Origin: Bacteroidales bacterium
GTDB lineage: Bacteria; Bacteroidota; Bacteroidia; Bacteroidales; VadinHA17
Length of the DNA stretch: 64,000 nt
Assembly: GCA_049512815.1 (NCBI GenBank)
Contig: JBEKWS010000008.1
Coordinates: 7,013 to 71,012, forward strand
Direction: 5' to 3'
The translations under genes and the position numbers were made by a program. The notes beneath the pieces are model-generated. The model was not told the DNA's origin. It made no database searches and saw only the letters and a list, made by a program, of their open reading frames with translations. Positions 58,442-64,000 of the stretch are shown here, piece after piece (position 1 is the stretch's first letter; the number at the start of each line of letters is the position of its first letter).

Positions 58442-59039
58442 GATTAGTTTCTTTATTTAATAAAACTTACAGAAAATGATTACGTTAGACAGTATTATAA
58501 AATATAAAGTGAATTACTACAAGTCAAAACTAATTTGCTTTTGGTCTTTCTTTGGGTGATTCTAAAAACTTAAAATTACGAAAAAGGCGTTACAATGTAA
58601 TTCGCTGCATATCTTATTCTTTTATATGAACGGAGTAAAACAAGTTACTTTAAAGTGGATCCAACAGATTAAATAAAAAGTAAATTGGTATTGGATAATA
58701 AGTAACATATAAAATTTTACCTGCCAAAGAGGATAAAAAGAAGAAAACCATTCATTTAGAAGAAAAAATGCTCAATACTTCGATGTAATTATATAGGCAA
58801 TTTGCACAATGTAATTAAATATGCAGGTAAATGGAAAAGCTTACATCTGTGATAGATCAATAATGAATTTAGTTCAAATAGCACTCGAACTCAATATTCT
58901 AAGATGCATATTTACAATATTATACGAAGTGATAAAAAACCCAGGGTGACGAATCTGCTGATATTTCCAATTTCTAATCCCAAAAAAAGCCTTACATACG
59001 TCTTGGCGAGAAGATTGTTCGTCATGTTGGCGCATGACT

Positions 59040-59180
59040 CCAACCTCCGCTAAAGCTACGGTTGGCAAAGTACAACGTAGGGTCTTGCTCGCGACGCTCG
59101 ATGTCTTGTCGGCTGTGGCCTCCTTTTTTAGCTCTTCGCGCCAGTCTGGTTCGCTTCGCTCCCTTGTCTTGAAGTCTTGA
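59040..59180. repeat. GC-rich degenerate island related to 43015-43235
   Basis: Shares agggtcttgc and the 17-mer cttgtcttgaagtcttg (59163-59179 versus 43101-43117). Confidence 0.7.
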
Positions 59181-59541
59181 AATCTTTTATATTAAAAAAT
59201 ACAGAACATACCAACGCTGCAATGAAAGCATACAGTGTCACATTATCAACAAGAGAAGCATTAAGGTCCAGCCCTGAAAGTCTATCTACGAGATATTTGA
59301 TATATGAGTTAGGCAAATCTGTTTTCCCAAGTTTTTCAAGAATGCTGAAATGCCAGTCTGTCAGCGGACAATAACCTAATGTTCCGACTATCAGTCCAAG
59401 GAATAACCACGATGCGCCTGTTATTATCAGGGTAAACAGGTTGAGGATCCTTGTTCTTTTCCATATCCAGCCGAAAAGATTAAAGAATATCAGGAAGGTG
59501 TGGAACACTACAAAAAATATGTCGAGGAGGCGCCAGATCAT
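59128..59541 (-). CDS. DUF2784-like membrane protein. Start at MIWRLLDIFF.
   Basis: GYCPLTDWHFSILEKLG motif. The track's longer N-terminus (LTSTSTLTSTS...) is a translation of the hexamer array. Confidence 0.6.
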   Translation of the reverse strand: MIWRLLDIFFVVFHTFLIFFNLFGWIWKRTRILNLFTLIITGASWLFLGLIVGTLGYCPLTDWHFSILEKLGKTDLPNSYIKYLVDRLSGLDLNASLVDNVTLYAFIAALVCSVFFNIKDFKTSRQGSEANQTGAKS

Positions 59542-59572
59542 TTTCGAGAGTGTTTTTGTAAAGATCGGAAAA

Positions 59573-59700
59573 ATGGCGCAAAGGCGGCTTGAGGTTAAGG
59601 TTAAGGTTGAGGTTGAGGTTAAGGTTGAGGTTGAGGTTAAGGTTGAGGTTGAGGTATGAGGGAAAGACAAAAGACAAAAGGAAAAAGACAAAAGGCAGAA
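59573..59700. repeat. Composite repeat: atggcgcaaaggcggc, then 11 x (g/a)aggtt hexamers (59591-59656), then agacaaaag repeats
   Basis: Read directly. Confidence 0.85.
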
Positions 59701-59785
59701 ATGTATTATAGGCGATGGGTGTAAGGGCTCAACAGCACAACGACTCAAGGGTGTAATAGTTTGAACGGTTCATTTCAAACCACTG

Positions 59786-60013
59786 CTATAGGAATATCTT
59801 TCTGATAATGTATATCAGTAATGAGAGCAAAAGGCTCAGCAGGATCATAGTAGTTACAGGGAAATAAAACCTTAAATTAGCTCTCTTTATCCGTATATCT
59901 CCGGGTAGATGACCTATCCAGTGCAGCTTATCATGAAAAAAGTAGACTACAATACCGATAACGACAATACAAATTCCGATAAGAATTATCCATTTCCCAG
60001 TGTCACTGTTCAT
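59786..60013 (-). CDS. DUF2905 family small membrane protein
   Basis: GHLPGDIRIKRANLRFYFPVTTMILLSLLLSLL is the family signature. Confidence 0.7.
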   Translation of the reverse strand: MNSDTGKWIILIGICIVVIGIVVYFFHDKLHWIGHLPGDIRIKRANLRFYFPVTTMILLSLLLSLLIYIIRKIFL

Positions 60014-60440
60014 AGGGCAAAAATACTATATAAAATGATATTTGATACAGGCAAAGGTGCGAGGCGTGAGGCGTGAGGTGTACGGTTGTGCGGTTTATTA
60101 AATTCTTCCATGTATTAGAGCCTGAAAAAAATCGATATGATACCACATCTTTGCATAGAAATAGGAAAGAACCAGCAGTGCTGCCAGGAATGTAAATAAT
60201 AATCCAAAGTATTTGCCGGCGACAGACTTTCCCGATTTGATTGCTTAAAATTATCCTTTTATACGGGAATAGCAACTTCCATCGAATGATCACAGGTAAT
60301 GAGAAGAATACGTATATCCTTTAGGTTGCCATTTGATATGAAAACCAAGTCCAATTTAAAAGTGGATCTGAAGTATATTATCTGAATGATGACCTGATAA
60401 GAATCTTATCAAGGTAAATCAGAGGTATTTGGAATATCAT

Positions 60441-60779
60441 TTACAATTTGCTCCAGGAAATAATAGCCTCTCTTACTTCTGCCTGAAAATCTTTAAGGTC
60501 ACTTATAGAAATTACTCCATCAGCAAGCTGGCCAGCCATTACCTCTACCCATCGTGATCCTCCCTTGTCGTTGTATAACCAGGCTATATGCTTGTCATTT
60601 TTTTCTATGCATTTATACAACTCCATATAGGCTTCCTTGTGGTTAGAAAATGCCCCGTTTTGCCAATTCAAAATAATTGACCCAGCTTCTTTGAGCCCTT
60701 TTAAATAATGGTTTTCCAATCCTTTATCCATTACAGTACGGGCAATTTTCTTTTGGGATTTTGAAAGTTCGTAATACAT
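60441..60779 (-). CDS. Hypothetical protein (112 aa)
   Basis: ORF only. Confidence 0.35.
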   Translation of the reverse strand: MYYELSKSQKKIARTVMDKGLENHYLKGLKEAGSIILNWQNGAFSNHKEAYMELYKCIEKNDKHIAWLYNDKGGSRWVEVMAGQLADGVISISDLKDFQAEVREAIISWSKL

Positions 60780-60948
60780 AAAGTATAATGTTTAAGCATT
60801 CGCTAAAATATGAATATTTCTGCTTAAAACCTACCAATCCAGGAGAAGATGCAATTATCATGTCAGAAGCGCAGGATGATGACAAACTTGAAGTTTATAG
60901 GAATTTTAATCGCTTTTGAAGGAACAGATTAAGGAAAGAATAGCCTGA

Positions 60949-61632
60949 TTATATTTTCTCAAGGTAAATTCTGTTCAGAATAAAGCTTCCTTTCCCGGCT
61001 TCTTCAGGATTCTCTTTCAGCACAACCGTTATTGTATTTGTCCCTTCTCTTATGAATAACGAACCAATGTATTCTTTCGCGACAAATGTATTTTCTCCTG
61101 CAAAGGCATCAATTTTACGGTTAATCGGGACTTGCCTCTGGTTAACGGCAAAAGAGCCACAATCCGGCCCCTTAAAATTAGAGAAGTACAATTTATATTC
61201 CCCCTCTCCCGGCACTTCCAGTTCAAACTTCACATAATCGTTCCTGCCAGCTTCCAGTCTGAGTACGGAGTAACTTTTACCACTCTTTGTATCTGTTCTT
61301 GTCTCCTTCGATAGAACCGCCCCGTCACTCATAGCTCTTACAGAAAGCAGTTGAAGAGCATCTTTCTCTTTCTGTGTGAACTGCTCCCGGAAGGAAGATA
61401 TTGACGATCCGTCTTTCATCTTGCAGTATTGAATCTGAATAAATTGCATTGTGCTGCCTCTGTAAATGATTTTACAGGAACTCTTATAAGGTATTGGCAG
61501 ATAAAAATAGTAACCTCCGACCTCATTCCCTGATATTGGCCTAATGAAGGGATAATTGTTTCCCGAAAAGTGGTAAAGAAAAAGCCTTTTATTTGCTATA
61601 ATGTGAGAAGACTGTTCGTCATGCCGGCGCAT
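60949..61632 (-). CDS. Hypothetical beta-sandwich protein, possibly an N-terminally truncated DUF2961-like glycan enzyme
   Basis: GGYYFYLPIPYKSSCKIIY resembles a DUF2961 segment. The annotated N-terminus (MRRHDEQSS) is read from a repeat element. Confidence 0.3.
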   Translation of the reverse strand: MRRHDEQSSHIIANKRLFLYHFSGNNYPFIRPISGNEVGGYYFYLPIPYKSSCKIIYRGSTMQFIQIQYCKMKDGSSISSFREQFTQKEKDALQLLSVRAMSDGAVLSKETRTDTKSGKSYSVLRLEAGRNDYVKFELEVPGEGEYKLYFSNFKGPDCGSFAVNQRQVPINRKIDAFAGENTFVAKEYIGSLFIREGTNTITVVLKENPEEAGKGSFILNRIYLEKI

Positions 61633-61793
61633 GACTCACGGACATTCTGGGGGTGACTTATTGATTATCAAATTTAATTTTTCTACTACTTTTTTTGAAA
61701 CTTAAACTTTTTGTGCTAGTTTTATAACTGAATTGTCCTTCTTATGTGCGTTGTCAGATCTCTTGCCACCTATTAAAAATTAATTTTAGAAAA

Positions 61794-63497
61794 ATGAAAA
61801 TGATTCTTGTGCTATTCCTTTTTATAATTTCTTATTCGTCACAAAATCCTGAAAAAGAAAAGACTTATTGCAATCCAGTGAATCTAAACTACCGTTTTCA
61901 ATTCACCGATGGTAACTCATACAGGGAAGCTGCTGATCCGTCGATGATAAGGTATAAGGATAAATATATTCTGTTTGCCTCTCATAGTGGTGGGTACTGG
62001 TATTCTGACGATATGCTCACCTGGAATTTCCTTCGAATAAAATCACTGCCAATAGAAGACTATGCACCTGACGTGATAACAGTAAATGATACAACATATT
62101 ATGCTGCGTCTGCAGGAGTAAGAAAGCCTCTTTATTATACCATCAACCCCCTGGAAGACAATTGGAAACCAAAAAGTGACACACTTCCCTTTGCGATATG
62201 GGATCCGAATTTTTTCCGGGATGATGACGGAAAAGTTTATCTATACTGGGGATGCTCAAATATTCTTCCTATTTATGGAGTCCGGCTTAATTCAAAAATG
62301 CAGCCGGTAACTGAACCGGCGATCTTTATAAATCATAATCAAAATCGTTATGGGTGGGAAGCTCCGGGAGAATTCAATGAGATTCCCAGGAATGGCTATA
62401 ACGAAGGAGCCTGGATGACCAGACATAACAACCGATATTACCTGCAATACGCTGCTCCGGGAACAGAATTTAAGACTTATGCCGATGGTGTTTATACTTC
62501 CGACTCACCGCTGGGACCATTTAAATATGAGGCTTACAGCCCATATTCTTATAAACCTGGAGGCTTTGCCGGTGGGGCCGGACATAGCTCGACATTTCAG
62601 GATAAGTATGGCAATTACTGGCATATCTCCACAATGTCAATATCCGTTCGTCATATGTTTGAACGCCGTCTGGGATTGTTTCCTGCAGCCTTCGACAAGG
62701 ATGGTGTACTGAGGACCTTCACAACTTTTGGCGATTATCCGACTATTATGCCTGACCATAAAATCAATTTTGAAAAAGAGAGTCTTTTCAGAGGATGGAT
62801 GCTGCTCTCCTATAAAAATAAGGCAGAAGCATCATCCTCAATGGAAAAATATCCGGTTATAAATGCCTTAGATGAAGATATCAGAACCTGGTGGTCTGCC
62901 AGTACCGGGAATGCAGGGGAATGGCTTAATGTTGAACTGGAGGACAAAGTGACTGTGAATGCAATCCAGGTAAATTTTGCGGATAACGAGTCAAATCTTA
63001 AGCCAGACAGTAAAAACATTTATTATTGTTATCGTATTCTTGCCTCCAATGACAAAAAAACATGGAATGTTATTGTTGATAAAAGCCATAATAATGAGGA
63101 TGCCTGTCATGACTATATAGAACTGGAAAAGCCTGTTAATACAAAATATATCAAAATTGAAAATGTAAAGGTGCCTGATGGAAAATTTTCAATTTATGAT
63201 TTAAGGATTTTTGGAATAAAGAAAGGTAAAATCCCCGGGAATATTAAAGATTTTACGGTAGTACGCAATGAGACGGATACGAGAAAAGTTACGATAGAAT
63301 GGCCAAAAGACAATCTTGCCACCGGGTATGTAGTAAACTATGGGACTGACATAAATAAACTATATACTTCTGTAATGGTGTATAATACCAATTCGCTAAT
63401 GCTCACGGGTTTGAATAAAGATGTGACATACTATTTCAGTATCGATGCTTTTAATGAATCAGGAATTGCCAAGGGTACCAAGATCATAAAAAAGTAG
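61794..63497 (+). CDS. GH43 glycoside hydrolase with an F5/8 type C (discoidin) domain and a C-terminal Fn3-like domain. ATG at 61794.
   Basis: ADPSMIRYKDKYILFAS, FFRDDDGKVYLYWG and EGAWMTRHNNRYYLQY beta-propeller blades. WWSA...GEWLNVEL discoidin motif. Confidence 0.8.
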   Translation: MKMILVLFLFIISYSSQNPEKEKTYCNPVNLNYRFQFTDGNSYREAADPSMIRYKDKYILFASHSGGYWYSDDMLTWNFLRIKSLPIEDYAPDVITVNDTTYYAASAGVRKPLYYTINPLEDNWKPKSDTLPFAIWDPNFFRDDDGKVYLYWGCSNILPIYGVRLNSKMQPVTEPAIFINHNQNRYGWEAPGEFNEIPRNGYNEGAWMTRHNNRYYLQYAAPGTEFKTYADGVYTSDSPLGPFKYEAYSPYSYKPGGFAGGAGHSSTFQDKYGNYWHISTMSISVRHMFERRLGLFPAAFDKDGVLRTFTTFGDYPTIMPDHKINFEKESLFRGWMLLSYKNKAEASSSMEKYPVINALDEDIRTWWSASTGNAGEWLNVELEDKVTVNAIQVNFADNESNLKPDSKNIYYCYRILASNDKKTWNVIVDKSHNNEDACHDYIELEKPVNTKYIKIENVKVPDGKFSIYDLRIFGIKKGKIPGNIKDFTVVRNETDTRKVTIEWPKDNLATGYVVNYGTDINKLYTSVMVYNTNSLMLTGLNKDVTYYFSIDAFNESGIAKGTKIIKK

Positions 63498-63610
63498 CTA
63501 ACCTTACCTATTTGAGAGATCTAACAAACCCTTATCATCTGAATAGACAAAGGGCAAGATTCTTGGGCAATTATTTTCTCAGTATGTATTAAAACCTTTA
63601 GTTTACCATA

Positions 63611-64000
63611 TCAACAGAGTTCGCTTGTTCTGAAAGGAGATGCAGGTAACCCTTCTTTGTTGTATAAACTAGCTCCAACAGGATTATTCGCCCATGCATA
63701 TCTTATGGCAACAGGATTAATAACGTTTTCACTCCACACAATAATTTTATCATTCACAATTTTTGCCTTAGCCGGAACATATGCGTTATCACTACCGCAT
63801 ATTTCAAAACACTTTAACTCTTCTCCATTTTTAGAAGTTAAACCACTTCCCACGTCAGTGAAAGATAAGATTACTTCCTTACCTTTTATTTTCATTGATT
63901 TAAAAACAGGACCTGAATATACAATCTGTTTTTCGCCATAAGTTGTTCTCTGAGCTGCAAGGGCAAGACGATAGCCAACATCCTTTTTATTCACCGGATG
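63611..64000 (-). CDS. Sialate O-acetylesterase-like protein. The C-terminal part is in the window and the N-terminus lies beyond the right edge.
   Basis: The ending IRYAWANNPVGASLYNKEGLPASPFRTSE is typical of this family. The frame is open to the window end. Confidence 0.65.
   Translation of the reverse strand, partial: HPVNKKDVGYRLALAAQRTTYGEKQIVYSGPVFKSMKIKGKEVILSFTDVGSGLTSKNGEELKCFEICGSDNAYVPAKAKIVNDKIIVWSENVINPVAIRYAWANNPVGASLYNKEGLPASPFRTSELC

Noticed and set aside
58874-59068. A 64 aa ORF beginning MPTVALAEVGVMRQHDEQSS.
   Set aside because: It is composed wholly of repeat-island sequence, including the 33-nt element also found at 61605-61637. It has no independent coding evidence.
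59591-59656. A possible CRISPR or other spaced array.
   Set aside because: The units are contiguous 6-nt repeats with no spacers. There are no cas genes in the window. This is a microsatellite-like array, not a CRISPR.
59542-59748. The N-terminal 69 aa extension of ORF 59128-59748, containing LTSTSTLTSTSTLTSTSTL.
   Set aside because: It is a translation of the (g/a)aggtt hexamer array and the agacaaaag repeats. The DUF2784-like homology starts at the ATG at 59541.
60003-60293. A 96 aa minus-strand ORF. In another frame there is a start-less hydrophobic peptide, AIKSGKSVAGKYFGLLFTFLAALLVLSYFYAKMWYHIDFFQALIHGRI.
   Set aside because: The 96 aa ORF overlaps the repeat island and has no family features. 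The hydrophobic frame lacks a start codon and is only about 48 codons long, so it is possibly a gene relic but cannot be supported.
1-64000. rRNA, tRNA, tmRNA and integrase-bounded islands.
   Set aside because: By eye I found no cloverleaf-like GC-rich 70-90 nt segments, no rRNA-like conserved blocks and no integrase/recombinase ORFs. A tRNAscan or Infernal run would be needed to exclude small RNAs formally.

Overview
This is an AT-rich chromosomal window that looks like Bacteroidota: a PorQ-like T9SS gene sits beside cmk-ispH, many secreted proteins carry lipoboxes, and TAnnTTTG-type -7 boxes are present. All product calls come from reading motifs and family hallmarks by eye; no search was run. 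I found no rRNA, tRNA or CRISPR.

Layout:
- (1) 1-10.8 kb, respiratory island. It holds a ResB-like cytochrome c maturation gene, a Crp/Fnr regulator and six c-type cytochrome genes with 19 canonical CxxCH sites. These include a tetrahaem / NrfC-like / NrfD-like module with no catalytic subunit, and a 5-gene operon: PSCyt1-like lipoprotein, beta-barrel, heptahaem cytochrome, cytochrome b, monohaem cytochrome c.
- (2) 11-25 kb, housekeeping. etfB-etfA-FeS oxidoreductase-acyl-CoA dehydrogenase operon, a DMT transporter, porQ-like, cmk, ispH, pfkA, a DUF362 protein, a CDF transporter and YqeY.
- (3) 25-33 kb. Gene relics and an ECF sigma / anti-sigma / 2x DUF4097 operon.
- (4) 33.4-42.9 kb, Type I R-M locus in an unusual order: hsdR, then a HigB-like toxin with an HTH-ImmA protein, then TcmP with DUF5131 (three-Cys, Gp37/Gp68 family), then hsdS, then a RAYT transposase flanked by REP hairpins, then hsdM.
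- (5) 43-64 kb, mixed accessory genes. An AT-rich islet with a NucS-like nuclease, methyltransferase / nitroreductase / membrane genes, GH43 and sialate esterase genes, and several relics.

The best candidate for an undescribed system is the TcmP + DUF5131 pair, which is translationally coupled into the R-M operon directly upstream of hsdS. A second pervasive signal is a dispersed family of GC-rich intergenic islands built from degenerate short tandem motifs. These islands share exact 17-24 nt junctions between distant loci.
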